The notes: a model not told the origin generated them from the sequence alone. Shown: positions 8,218 to 17,099, numbered from the stretch's first letter. The stretch: DNA of 32,000 nt from Oligoflexia bacterium (GCA_031292385.1 JARLHE010000030.1:48682-80681), one strand, 5' to 3'. Program-made: numbers and translations.

Positions 8218-9416
8218 TGCGAATTTCGACCACCGCATTTCTCGGCTTCGCGATTCTTGTAGGGGCAGGGGCGGCGCAAGCCTCGGTTCAAAAGCCGGTC
8301 GCGCAGTACACGGAAGAGCTTGAATCCATCCGATCGCGCGCCGCCACGCTGGAGGACACGCTGATTTTGAACGGCAATTCCCAGGCGCAAGCGAAGGCCA
8401 ATCTCAAAAAGCTCCGTGCCCTCATCAAATTGCGCCAGCAAGAGCGTGACCTGGGGCAGAGGCGCCTGGTTGACTTGCAATCGACCGTCGTTGAGCTCGA
8501 GTCCCGAAGAGAGGCGTTGAACAAAACATTGGATGCGCGGAAAAGTTCCGTCCGCAGGCTGTTGATGGCGATCCAAGATTCTCTGCATGCGGAAAACGGC
8601 ACGAACGATGCCGAAAGCGGAGGCCTTTCGAGCGTTATCGAGACCGAGAAATTCGAAGCGCCTCGCCGCAAGCTGATGGCGAATCTGATTTCCCACGGCT
8701 TGAAAGAGGTGGAGACGCTTCACGCGGATCTGGACGATTCCGACCAGCTGGAAGGCAAGATTCAGGAGGAAAAGCAGCATCTCGCCTATCTGATCCAGGA
8801 TCTTGACGAAAAGCAGAGCGTGCTCGAGTTGAATAAGCAGATTCAGGCGGATCTTCTGCGCAAGTCCCGCGACGAGAGGCTCGCGCAGCTTGAGAACTAT
8901 CGCAGCTTGAAGGCGTCCCAGGCGCAAGTCGAACAATTGATTCAAGACTTCAACGCCCATCGCGAGCTCGAGCGCACGGCCGAGGCGGAGCGAAAATTTT
9001 CCAGGTCGTCGTTGTTGGGGGCTTTCGCCCGGCTTAAAGGAAAGCTCCGGCTTCCGGTCGAGCAAGGCCGCGTGCTGACGAGTTTCGGTCGGGCATTCGA
9101 TCCCAAGTCGAAGCTCTTCATCTTCAAAAAGGGAGTCGATATCGCGGCGGCGCACAAAGATCTCGTGCGTGCGATTTTTGACGGTAAAATCGCCTATTCC
9201 GGCGAGCTCCCGGAGTATGGTCAGGTGGCGATCATCGACCACGGCAATCATTTCTACTCGCTTTGCGCGCACTTGGGGCAGCTCACCCGTAAAGCGGGCG
9301 AGCTCGTGTCGGCCGGCGACCCGATCGGGCAAACGGACGACTCGGGTACTCCGGTTTATTTCGAAATCCGTGACCGAAACGTCGCCGTGAACCCATTGCA
9401 GTGGGTTTCTAATTAG
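8217..9416 (+). CDS. envC: EnvC-like murein hydrolase activator (coiled coil plus degenerate LytM/M23 domain)
   Basis: The GTG start overlaps the ftsX stop (TAGTG). Signal peptide VRISTTAFLGFAILVGAGAAQA, followed by a long coiled coil. The C-terminal LytM fold has its catalytic positions replaced: FKKGVDI instead of HxGxD, and PVYFEIR instead of HLHFE. It sits in the ftsEX-envC synteny. Confidence 0.8.
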   Translation: MRISTTAFLGFAILVGAGAAQASVQKPVAQYTEELESIRSRAATLEDTLILNGNSQAQAKANLKKLRALIKLRQQERDLGQRRLVDLQSTVVELESRREALNKTLDARKSSVRRLLMAIQDSLHAENGTNDAESGGLSSVIETEKFEAPRRKLMANLISHGLKEVETLHADLDDSDQLEGKIQEEKQHLAYLIQDLDEKQSVLELNKQIQADLLRKSRDERLAQLENYRSLKASQAQVEQLIQDFNAHRELERTAEAERKFSRSSLLGAFARLKGKLRLPVEQGRVLTSFGRAFDPKSKLFIFKKGVDIAAAHKDLVRAIFDGKIAYSGELPEYGQVAIIDHGNHFYSLCAHLGQLTRKAGELVSAGDPIGQTDDSGTPVYFEIRDRNVAVNPLQWVSN

Positions 9417-9448
9417 TTTAGCCTGGGTGGACTGGCATCGGCTCGTGT

Positions 9449-9476
9449 GACAGGCGGACCTGGGTCCGCCGTTGTC
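9449..9476 (+). terminator. Stem-loop downstream of the envC-like gene (weak terminator or attenuator candidate)
   Basis: GACAGGCGGAC-CTGG-GTCCGCCgtTGTC has a 7-bp GC-rich core stem with a 4-nt loop, and outer GACA/TGTC pairing across a 2-nt bulge. No clear U-tract follows. Confidence 0.3.
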
Positions 9477-9490
9477 ATGCGACTTAAGTA

Positions 9491-11038
9491 ATGAAAGGTC
9501 CCCACATGCTTCGACTTACGAAAAAAATCTCGCTCTCCCTCTTGGTAATGGGAGTTTCCTGGTTCGGCGTGACCGTTGGACAGTCCATCACTCGCGAAGT
9601 GATCAACGTCACCGCGATGGCCATGGCGTCCTCGGGCTCGGGAGCCGCGGCGGCCCCGGCGAACAGCCAGCAAGACCGCTACGAGAATCTGGAGCTCTTT
9701 CAAAAAGTGCTTCATTTCGTCGAGGCGAATTACGTTGATCCCGTAAACAACAAAGAGCTCGTTTACGGAGCCATCAAAGGCATGCTCGAGACGCTCGATC
9801 CGCATTCCAACTTTTTGCCGCCCGATGTCTTCAAGGACATGAAGATCGACACTACCGGGAAGTTCGGCGGTTTGGGCATCGAGATCGGGATGAAGGACAG
9901 CATCCTGACCGTGATCGCGCCGATCGAAGACACCCCGGCCTGGAAGTCGGGTCTCAAGCCGAACGACCGTGTCGTGAAAATCGACAACGAAAGCACGAAG
10001 GGCATGACGCTTGTCGAAGCCGTTTCGAAAATGCGCGGCAAGAGCGGAACCAAAGTGACTCTCTCCGTCTACCGCGACGGCTGGGATAAAATCCGCGACG
10101 TGCCGATCGTCCGCGACGTCATCAAGATTCAATCCGTCAAGAGCGAGCAGCTTGAACCCGAGTATGGCTACGTTCGCCTGACGAGCTTCAACGAAAGCGC
10201 CGCCTCCGACGTGAAGAAAGCGGTCGACGCGCTTCAGAAGAAGACGAAACTGAAGGGCCTCGTGTTCGACCTTCGCAACAATCCGGGCGGATTGCTCGAC
10301 CAAGCGGTCGACGTCTCGTCCTTGTTCGTCGACAACGGCGTCGTGGTTTCGACCATCGGCCGCAATCACGACCAGAAGGAAGTGAAGTACGCCCGCAAAG
10401 GCATGGCCTACAAGGAATTCCCGGTGGCGATCCTGGTGAACTCAAGCACGGCGTCGGCGGCGGAAATCGTCTCCGGAGCTTTGCAGGATCATCATCGCGC
10501 CATCATCATGGGGCAGCCGACTTTCGGGAAGGGCTCGGTGCAAACCGTGATCGAGCTGGGCCCGGATCTCGGTTTGAAGCTCACGATCGCTCGCTATTAC
10601 ACGCCGAGCGGCCGCAGCATCCAGGACAAGGGCGTGCAGCCGGACGTTCTTTTGGACGAGTATGATCCGAAGTTGCTCGCCGAAGCCAAGCGCAAAGGCG
10701 AGGTTTTCCGAGAACGCGACCTCAAGGGTCATATGATGAATCCGGACGGCGAGGAGTCCGCGGAGGAGTCTAGCGCCAAAGACAGCAAGAACAAGGCTAC
10801 CGAGTATAAAAAGGAAGAGCTCGATTCCTTGACCAAGACCGGTAAAGCCAAGAACGGGAAGAAGGACAAAAACGCGCCTTCGACCGCCGACGATGACGAT
10901 ATGTCGCCGATCAAGATGAATCCGAAGGAAGACTACCAGGTTCACGAAGCATTGAACTATCTGAAGTCTTTCGACGTGTTCAAGAAAATCTCGTCGGGTG
11001 AGTCCGCGGAGTCCGTGGCTCATGGCACCGACCGATAA
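9491..11038 (+). CDS. ctp: Carboxy-terminal processing protease (S41 family, Ctp/Prc-like) with a charged C-terminal extension
   Basis: PDZ region (GGLGIEIGMKDSILTVIAPIEDTPAWKSGLKPNDRVVKID). S41 core DLRNNPGGLLDQAV, catalytic Ser context NSSTASAAEIVSGALQD, Lys context GQPTFGKGSVQ. The alternative start 9506 (MLRLTKK...) has a better AAAGG upstream. Confidence 0.9.
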   Translation: MKGPHMLRLTKKISLSLLVMGVSWFGVTVGQSITREVINVTAMAMASSGSGAAAAPANSQQDRYENLELFQKVLHFVEANYVDPVNNKELVYGAIKGMLETLDPHSNFLPPDVFKDMKIDTTGKFGGLGIEIGMKDSILTVIAPIEDTPAWKSGLKPNDRVVKIDNESTKGMTLVEAVSKMRGKSGTKVTLSVYRDGWDKIRDVPIVRDVIKIQSVKSEQLEPEYGYVRLTSFNESAASDVKKAVDALQKKTKLKGLVFDLRNNPGGLLDQAVDVSSLFVDNGVVVSTIGRNHDQKEVKYARKGMAYKEFPVAILVNSSTASAAEIVSGALQDHHRAIIMGQPTFGKGSVQTVIELGPDLGLKLTIARYYTPSGRSIQDKGVQPDVLLDEYDPKLLAEAKRKGEVFRERDLKGHMMNPDGEESAEESSAKDSKNKATEYKKEELDSLTKTGKAKNGKKDKNAPSTADDDDMSPIKMNPKEDYQVHEALNYLKSFDVFKKISSGESAESVAHGTDR

Positions 11039-11093
11039 TCGGAAGCAGCTGAAAGACCTGCCCCTTTTCGGGCAGGTCGGCCAGCCTGATACG

Positions 11094-12305
11094 ATGCAGA
11101 CGTCTTCGGGTTCCGAACCGCCCAAGCATTGGACGGTTTCGGAACTGACGTCGCGGATCCGCGGCGTTTTGGAACCCGCGTTCAAACAAGTGTGGGTCCA
11201 GGGCGAGCTTTCGAATTGCCGGCCCGCCGCCTCGGGGCATGTTTATTTTTCCCTCAAAGACGAAAACGCCTCGATCTCGGTCGCGATTTTCGGCTGGGGC
11301 AAATCGGGAGCGGGCAAGCGCGGCTTCGAGTTGAAGGATGGTCTTCAGGTTCTCTGTCGCGGAAAACTTTCCATCTATCCGCCCCGCGGCGGCTATCAGC
11401 TGATCGCGGAACAAGTGGAGCCCCTGGGCGCCGGCGCGCTGCAGATCGCGTTCGAGCAGCTCAAGGAGAAGCTCGCGGCGGAAGGGCTTTTCGATCCGCG
11501 AAGAAAGCGTCCCCTGCCGACCTATCCGCGATCGATCGCGGTGATCACTTCGCCCTCGGGCGCCGCTATTCAAGACATGTTGAATATTTTGCGAAGGCGC
11601 GCGCCGCATATTCGCGTGGTGGTGATTCCCGCGCTGGTTCAGGGCGACGATGCGCCTCGGCACTTAATTCGCGGCGTCGAAGCGGCGAACCGCTTGAGTT
11701 TGGGCGAGATCATCGTGCTCGCGCGCGGCGGGGGAAGCATGGAGGATCTCTGGTGCTTCAACGACGAACCGCTGGCTCGCGCGATCGCGGCTTCCCGGCT
11801 TCCCGTGATTTCCGCGGTTGGACACGAGATCGATTTCACCATTTCGGACTTTGTCGCCGATCTCCGCGCCCCGACCCCTTCCGCCGCGGCGGAAATCATC
11901 AGCGGCGCTTGGGTGGATGTCGCGGCAAGGATTCACGAGGCAAACGCGCGCCTGGTTTCGGCCATTCGGCGCGACATCGCTCACCGCTTGCAAGTGCTTC
12001 AACATGTGGCGGCCCGGGTGGTCGGCCCTCGCGATCGCCTGCGGGAGCAGGCGCAGCGCTGTGACGAGCTTGCGATGCGGCTTGAGCGCGCGATCCGGGC
12101 GCGGCTTGAGCGGCGGTCGGCGGGCCTCGAGCATTTGGCCGGTAAGCTCGATGCTCTTTCTCCTTTGCGGGTTTTAGAGCGGGGGTACGCTCTGGTGCGC
12201 GAAGACGGAGACGGGGCGGTAGTTCGCAGCGCTTCGCAAATCAAAACCGGACAGAAACTCCAGGTGACTTTCCATGATGGAAATCGTACGGTCCAGGCGG
12301 TTTAA
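11094..12305 (+). CDS. xseA: Exodeoxyribonuclease VII large subunit
   Basis: N-terminal OB-fold region WTVSELTSRIRGVLEPAFKQVWVQGELSNCRPAASGHVYFSLKDENASISVAIF. Catalytic core VITSPSGAAIQDMLNILRRR...ARGGGSMEDLWCFNDE...ISAVGHEIDFTISDFVADLRAPTPSAAAE. The start was chosen by N-terminal length; in-frame ATGs at 10998 and 11022 are alternatives. Confidence 0.9.
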   Translation: MQTSSGSEPPKHWTVSELTSRIRGVLEPAFKQVWVQGELSNCRPAASGHVYFSLKDENASISVAIFGWGKSGAGKRGFELKDGLQVLCRGKLSIYPPRGGYQLIAEQVEPLGAGALQIAFEQLKEKLAAEGLFDPRRKRPLPTYPRSIAVITSPSGAAIQDMLNILRRRAPHIRVVVIPALVQGDDAPRHLIRGVEAANRLSLGEIIVLARGGGSMEDLWCFNDEPLARAIAASRLPVISAVGHEIDFTISDFVADLRAPTPSAAAEIISGAWVDVAARIHEANARLVSAIRRDIAHRLQVLQHVAARVVGPRDRLREQAQRCDELAMRLERAIRARLERRSAGLEHLAGKLDALSPLRVLERGYALVREDGDGAVVRSASQIKTGQKLQVTFHDGNRTVQAV

Positions 12306-13212
12306 ACCGGTCTTTGTCGTTATTTTTCTCTTGGGCGCGTTGACCGCCCGAGCAGCCGATTCCAGTCCATCCCCAAGCGTCGGAGGGACCGCTGAAGGTT
12401 CCGCGGCGCTATCGAGCACCGCGAGCCCGGACGGCTCGATCGTGTTGGTGACGGTTTCGTTGCCCCAAGGTGCAACCGGCGCAGGCATCTCGGCCTCTCT
12501 CGAGGGCACGCAGGGAATTCCGTTTTATCCGCTGCCTGAAAAAGGCGGGGCGGATCAATCCCTTTATCAAGCGGTCGTGGCGGTGCCGTTCAATCACAAG
12601 CCCGGCGCGGTGAATATCGAAGTGAAGGTGGCCGGGGCTACCGGCGAGCGGAAATTCGTCCTGCCGCTCACGATCGTCGATGGTCAGTACCGCTCTGAAG
12701 TCTTGAAGGTCGACGAGCGGAAAATCAGCCCGAGAAAAAAGGACCTCAAGCGCATCATGGCGGAGCAGGACGAGATCAAGGCGATTTACGATCAAGTGAC
12801 CCGGGAGAAATTCTGGAGCGGACCGTTTCAGCTTCCCCTTCAAAGCATCGTGACCAGTCCCTTCGGCACGAAGCGCGTTTACAACGGCGAGATGAAAAGC
12901 TTCCATCAGGGCGTCGATTTCCGGGCCTCTATCGGCAAGCCGATCCATGCTCCGGCGCCGGGCTTGGTCGTGCTGGCGAAAAATCTTTTTTTCACCGGCA
13001 ATACGGTGCTGATCGATCATGGTTACGGGGTTTTCACGATCTACGGCCATATGAGCAAACTGAGGGTTAAAAAGGGCGATCGGGTAGCGAGCGGAGTCGT
13101 GCTCGGCTTGGCCGGGATGACCGGGCGCGCGAACGGGCCGCATCTGCACTGGGGCGCGGTCGTGCATAATCAGAAAATTAATCCGATCGATCTGACGAAG
13201 GTGATGCAATGA
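12274..13212 (+). CDS. Secreted M23 family metallopeptidase with intact active-site motifs
   Basis: Signal peptide MMEIVRSRRFKPVFVVIFLLGALTARA. M23 motifs are FHQGVDF (HxxxD) and GPHLHWGAVV (HxH). It overlaps the xseA 3' end. Confidence 0.85.
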   Translation: MMEIVRSRRFKPVFVVIFLLGALTARAADSSPSPSVGGTAEGSAALSSTASPDGSIVLVTVSLPQGATGAGISASLEGTQGIPFYPLPEKGGADQSLYQAVVAVPFNHKPGAVNIEVKVAGATGERKFVLPLTIVDGQYRSEVLKVDERKISPRKKDLKRIMAEQDEIKAIYDQVTREKFWSGPFQLPLQSIVTSPFGTKRVYNGEMKSFHQGVDFRASIGKPIHAPAPGLVVLAKNLFFTGNTVLIDHGYGVFTIYGHMSKLRVKKGDRVASGVVLGLAGMTGRANGPHLHWGAVVHNQKINPIDLTKVMQ

Positions 13213-13508
13213 TGAAAAAAAGATTGGCGGTCTTGACCTTTTTCTGGGTATTTCTCTGGATTTCATCGGCGTTCGCGGCTCAAAACGCGGTCGTAGACGC
13301 GGATAATCTTCCGCTTCTCGACGGTCCGCAAAAAGGCGCGAACGTGATCCGTCGGCTCAAAAAGGGGATGCATTTGCAAGTCAGCAATTACCCTACCGAG
13401 GGATATTACAAGGCGCGTACTCCGGAAAAGCAGATCGGCTGGGTGGGCGCGGATTCTTTGGATTTGAAAAAGACGGCGCCGGAGCAAACGGATTCGAGCG
13501 CGGAATAG
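13209..13508 (+). CDS. Small secreted bacterial SH3-domain protein
   Basis: Signal peptide MMKKRLAVLTFFWVFLWISSAFA. SH3b-like pattern: LPLLDGPQKGANVIRRLKKGMHLQVSNYPTEGYYKARTPEKQIGWV. ATGA overlap with the M23 gene stop. Confidence 0.6.
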   Translation: MMKKRLAVLTFFWVFLWISSAFAAQNAVVDADNLPLLDGPQKGANVIRRLKKGMHLQVSNYPTEGYYKARTPEKQIGWVGADSLDLKKTAPEQTDSSAE

Positions 13509-13521
13509 AAAAGGATAGAAA

Positions 13522-14295
13522 ATGGCTAGAAAAGAAATCGGCATCTTCATCGGTTCAATGGCGCTTGGCTTGGCTTTTTCGACCGCCGGCTTCGCGCGAC
13601 AAGAGCCGGCGCATGTTCAATGCCTGTCGAGAGGCGAGCAAGCCCAGGGGCTTAATGCTGAAATCGAAGCGGCCTCCGAAGGTTACACCCGGGCGCGAGC
13701 GATCGATGTGGCTACCCTGATTCAGGATTTCAATTCGAGCTCGTTTTGTCAGGAGCTTCCGGCCAATCAAAGCGAGATGATCACCTTGATCGACGAGCTC
13801 AATGACCAGCTCACCGCCGGAAGCCATACCGTCGACGGAAACACGGTTTGGGGGCCCGGAGGGGAGCCGAAGGAGCCGCCTCGGGCTTTCTTCGACAAAT
13901 TGACTTCGTGTTTGGATCCGATCGTCAAAACGAACCCGGATATGAAGATCCGCTCTCATTATGCTTATCTCGAAGGCACGGTTTTCGGAATCGACCAGAC
14001 CGTTTACGCGACGGGCGGGGAGAGGGCGTTCAAGCTTTTTCAGACGAGCTTTCAAGCAGACAAGAGTTTCCGGCCGGGATTGATTGCGTTCACGGATTCC
14101 GTGGCTTCCGCGGTCACCGCGATCATCAACGGCGGCCATTCGCTGAGCTGGGCGGGCTGGTACTTGGGCACCAACTTCAAGGACGACGTAGCCGAGCTGC
14201 AAGCTTCGGCTAACGCGCTTCCGGCGAGCGATCCCGCCAAGGCCGCATTGCTGGCTCGACTGGCTCAAACCGAGGTGTTGATCCAGTCGCAGTAG
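13522..14295 (+). CDS. Secreted protein of unknown function
   Basis: 257-aa ORF with a signal-like N-terminus (IGIFIGSMALGLAFSTAGFA). Its composition is coding-like, unlike the Arg-rich antisense ORF 13555..14313. I recognise no family. Confidence 0.55.
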   Translation: MARKEIGIFIGSMALGLAFSTAGFARQEPAHVQCLSRGEQAQGLNAEIEAASEGYTRARAIDVATLIQDFNSSSFCQELPANQSEMITLIDELNDQLTAGSHTVDGNTVWGPGGEPKEPPRAFFDKLTSCLDPIVKTNPDMKIRSHYAYLEGTVFGIDQTVYATGGERAFKLFQTSFQADKSFRPGLIAFTDSVASAVTAIINGGHSLSWAGWYLGTNFKDDVAELQASANALPASDPAKAALLARLAQTEVLIQSQ

Positions 14296-14302
14296 AGCCT
14301 GC

Positions 14303-15016
14303 TCAAGGCTCAAACCGATAACCCGCCCCGCGCACGGTGATGAAGTGCTTCGGGGTTTCTGCGTTTTCCTCGAAGTGCTTTCGGAGCCGTCCCAGAAAAT
14401 GATCGACGGTACGGGTGCGCGGCAGAAGCGTGAACCCCCAGACTTCCTTCAGAAGCCGCTCGCGCGATACGATCGTGCCCGAGGATTCGATCAGACAGGC
14501 CGCGAGCTTGTATTCCAGCGGAGTCAGCGTGACCCAGGTTCCACGTGGCCCTTGGATGCGCAAACGCGCCTCATCCAGATTCCAACCGTTCGGGGCGGAA
14601 TTGCTCGTGCTCGCCGGCGCGGCGGGAGCCGGCGAGCGACGAACGAGCGCGCGGATCCGGGCATCCAGCTCTTCCCAGGAAAAAGGCTTCGCGAGATAGT
14701 CATCGGCGCCTTGGTTCAAGCCCAGCACGCGGTCCGACGTGTCGCCGATCGCGGTCAGCATCAGAATTCTTCCGCTGAAGCCTTGGGCCCGCATCTCGGC
14801 GCAAAGATCGAGACCGTCGCCGTCCGGCAGGTTCCGATCCAACAAAAGAAACTCGAAAGGAGCGGAAGAGTTCTTGATCATCTCGCGGGCCTGGGCGATA
14901 GTCGAGGCTTGCTTGGCATCGATGCCGATCTTTCTGAGCGCGATTTGAAGCGCGATCGCGAGATCTCGCTCGTCTTCAAGCAAGAGCGCGTTGGAGCAAG
15001 CAACGGAAGTGCTCAT
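14303..15016 (-). CDS. OmpR/PhoB-family response regulator
   Basis: Receiver domain (LLLEDERDL...FLLLDRNLPDGDGLDL...LTA...GADDYLAKPF). Winged-helix output domain (LTPLEYKLAACLIE...VSRERLLKEVWG...RTVDHFLGRLRKH...ITVRGAGYRFEP). ATGA-type overlap with the upstream kinase gene. Confidence 0.9.
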   Translation of the reverse strand: MSTSVACSNALLLEDERDLAIALQIALRKIGIDAKQASTIAQAREMIKNSSAPFEFLLLDRNLPDGDGLDLCAEMRAQGFSGRILMLTAIGDTSDRVLGLNQGADDYLAKPFSWEELDARIRALVRRSPAPAAPASTSNSAPNGWNLDEARLRIQGPRGTWVTLTPLEYKLAACLIESSGTIVSRERLLKEVWGFTLLPRTRTVDHFLGRLRKHFEENAETPKHFITVRGAGYRFEP

Positions 15017-16020
15017 TTCTTACCCTCCAAGGTAAACGTCGCGCCATGACCGTAGCCGTGGCTCGTCGCGCTCAATTTTAAACCGAGCGCGCGGCAAGCC
15101 GAGCTCGCGAGGTAGAGTCCAAGACCGGTGCCAGCGATCGAGTAGGGCGCGCCGTGATGGCTACGGGAAAAACGGTGAAAAATTCGCTTCGATTCCGCCG
15201 GATCGAAGCCCCAGCCTTCGTCCTGCACCTCGATTTTCCAGCGGCGAACCGACTGCGATGTTCGGATCGTGACGTGGGGGGCGCCGCGCGCGAATTTTTT
15301 CGCATTGCTCAAAAGGTTGTCGATAATCAGGTTCAAGCTGTTGGGATCAACCCAAGTTTCACTCGGAAGGGGCTCTCCCTGCCTGATCACATTGCCTTCG
15401 CTGCCGAAGATGCGTTGCCAGCGGGCGACGACATCGTTCAGCCATGCATCGAGATTGATATTGACGAGCTTCGGCCTGGATGGTGCGGATTGCCAGCGCG
15501 CGGCTTCCAAAATGGTTTCGACCTGCCCGCGCAGCCTTTTGAGCTCGCGTTGCTGGCTTTCCCAAAGCGCTTCCGACTCGGCCGGCGAAATTCCGCCGTC
15601 GCGGATGCCGCTGCGGAGAAGCGACGAGGTGAGCTCAATCGATGAAATGGGGGTTTTCAGCTCATGGCTGACCGTGGCGAGAAACTCGGATTGCTGTTGA
15701 TTGAGCCGCATTTCGCGAAGCAATCGCAGGAAGAAAAGAACGATCGTTCCCATCGCGGCGACAAAACCCATGGTGCCGGAGATAACGATCGGCCAAGGAG
15801 CGAGCGCGACCGTCTCCTCGCCGATGCTCAAGGAGTGAGCGACGCGGAGCATGCGCAGGTAATTGCTGACCAGGACGACGTTCCAGCCCGTGGCGAGAAC
15901 CGTGATGAGGATCGCGGCCCAGACGAAAAGCGCGATCCAAAGCCAGCGATTTTTAGTTGGCAGCTTCATATGCGGCATCTTGACGGGCGGCATTTTGATG
16001 GACCGGACTTTCAGGCTCAT
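15013..16020 (-). CDS. Sensor histidine kinase (two TM segments, HisKA plus HATPase_c)
   Basis: H-box FLATVSHELKTPISSI, N-box IIDNLLSNAKKF, G-boxes VQDEGWGFD and GTGLGLYLA. The N-terminus has several in-frame Met codons (MSLKVRSIKMPPVKMPHMKL), so the start is uncertain. Confidence 0.85.
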   Translation of the reverse strand: MSLKVRSIKMPPVKMPHMKLPTKNRWLWIALFVWAAILITVLATGWNVVLVSNYLRMLRVAHSLSIGEETVALAPWPIVISGTMGFVAAMGTIVLFFLRLLREMRLNQQQSEFLATVSHELKTPISSIELTSSLLRSGIRDGGISPAESEALWESQQRELKRLRGQVETILEAARWQSAPSRPKLVNINLDAWLNDVVARWQRIFGSEGNVIRQGEPLPSETWVDPNSLNLIIDNLLSNAKKFARGAPHVTIRTSQSVRRWKIEVQDEGWGFDPAESKRIFHRFSRSHHGAPYSIAGTGLGLYLASSACRALGLKLSATSHGYGHGATFTLEGKK

Positions 16021-16100
16021 GGCCTCTCTTTAAAGCACATTATCGGTATAAACGCCAAATGCCGCATTGCCGCCGGCCTAGGCTCTGTTATGTTCTCATC

Positions 16101-16517
16101 ATGGCGGCGCCTTTCACGAAAAAGCAGGTTATCGAGCAGCTGCAGTCCTATGTCGCGGAAGAGCTTTCGGGATTGCTCGAGCAGTCCGAGGCATCCGGTA
16201 AAGAGCTCCCCCAGCGGGCCGAGGATTTGCGGCAGCAGCTGGTGATGTATCGTTTCTTGCCGGTGAGGGATTACGGCGCGGACGATGTGATTTGCCCCGG
16301 CGGGCTCGTGGAGCTCGAGCACAATCGGACCCGTGCTTTCTATTTCATCGTCCCAAGCGGAGGCGGGCTGGTCACTCGCGTGGAAGGATATCCGGTCCAG
16401 GTCATCACGCCCCACTCGCCCTTGGGCGAAGCGCTGCTTGGGCGTAAGGCCGGCGATTCGGTCAAGGTCTTCGCGGGCGGCAAAGACCGCCACTATAAAG
16501 TGGTCGGCTACTTCTAG
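16101..16517 (+). CDS. GreA/GreB-family (Gre C-terminal domain) protein
   Basis: The C-terminal pattern VTPHSPLGEALLGRKAGDSVKVFAGGKDRHYKVVGY resembles the Gre-factor C-terminal domain. The N-terminus is helical. The start is placed at the internal Met (MAAPFTKK); the track ORF begins at 16059. Confidence 0.6.
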   Translation: MAAPFTKKQVIEQLQSYVAEELSGLLEQSEASGKELPQRAEDLRQQLVMYRFLPVRDYGADDVICPGGLVELEHNRTRAFYFIVPSGGGLVTRVEGYPVQVITPHSPLGEALLGRKAGDSVKVFAGGKDRHYKVVGYF

Positions 16518-17099
16518 CTAAGCCGCGTTCGCGTGACTCATAATGATTTCCGGGCAAGCGTTCCAGGCGAGGCGGTATTTCCAGTGCCCGTCGTCGCGTA
16601 CCGCCGTCAATACTTGCGCCCGCACGCTCATCGCTCCGCCGGTGGCGGGGTCGAGGATATTGATTTGAACCGGCATGTCTTTCATGAAAATCGGCGACGA
16701 GTCGTGCGAGTCCGTCACGAAATCGCAGCCGTTTTCGCCGGCCTTTTTGATGTGCCCCGAAAGCACGCTCAAATGGTCGTAGCAAACCGCCTGGAACACC
16801 GAGGAAACCTCGTCGGGAATATGGAAAAGGCGGGCTGACGGTGCAGGGGCCGCCTGCGCCTGCATGCGCGGCTGTGCTTGCGGCGCGGACGCGGGCGTCG
16901 GCGCGATTGTTGCCTCCTGGTTATCCGTCGGAGGCGCTAGAGGCGCGGGAGCGTGATCAATGGGTTCCCAAGCCGCCCGAGCCACGTTCCAGATCCAGCT
17001 GTAATCGGAGAGCTCGCCGCTCTTCCGCATCGCATCGATTTCGGTTTGGTCGAAAGGGCCGTGGTTTTTGCCAGCCTTAGCCAGATAGATATTGCGCAT
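16518..17099 (-). CDS. Soluble GYF-domain protein (GltJ-like N-terminal module by context)
   Basis: The N-terminal GYF_2-type pattern is IYLAKAGKNHGPFDQTEIDAMRKSGELSDYSWIWNVARAAWEPI. A Pro/Ala/Gln linker and an uncharacterised roughly 100-aa C-terminal domain follow. No TM segment. It is the last gene of the minus-strand operon starting at 21685. Confidence 0.6.
   Translation of the reverse strand: MRNIYLAKAGKNHGPFDQTEIDAMRKSGELSDYSWIWNVARAAWEPIDHAPAPLAPPTDNQEATIAPTPASAPQAQPRMQAQAAPAPSARLFHIPDEVSSVFQAVCYDHLSVLSGHIKKAGENGCDFVTDSHDSSPIFMKDMPVQINILDPATGGAMSVRAQVLTAVRDDGHWKYRLAWNACPEIIMSHANAA

Noticed and set aside
14296-14312. GAGCC-tgctcaa-GGCTC hairpin between the convergent genes 13522..14295 and 14303..15016, as a bidirectional terminator.
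   Set aside because: The stem is only 5 bp, it overlaps the response-regulator stop region, and it has no flanking T-tracts. It is too weak to annotate.
15940-16020. The repetitive N-terminus of the histidine kinase (IKMPPVKMPHMKLP), with four in-frame ATGs, could be a regulatory feature or an upstream ORF.
   Set aside because: The most economical reading is start-codon ambiguity. No convincing RBS distinguishes the candidates, and no independent ORF is implied.
16518-16820. The C-terminal domain of the GYF protein could be a PilZ (c-di-GMP-binding) domain.
   Set aside because: I cannot find the RxxxR and D/NxSxxG motifs in register. DHLSVLSG does not fit the spacing.
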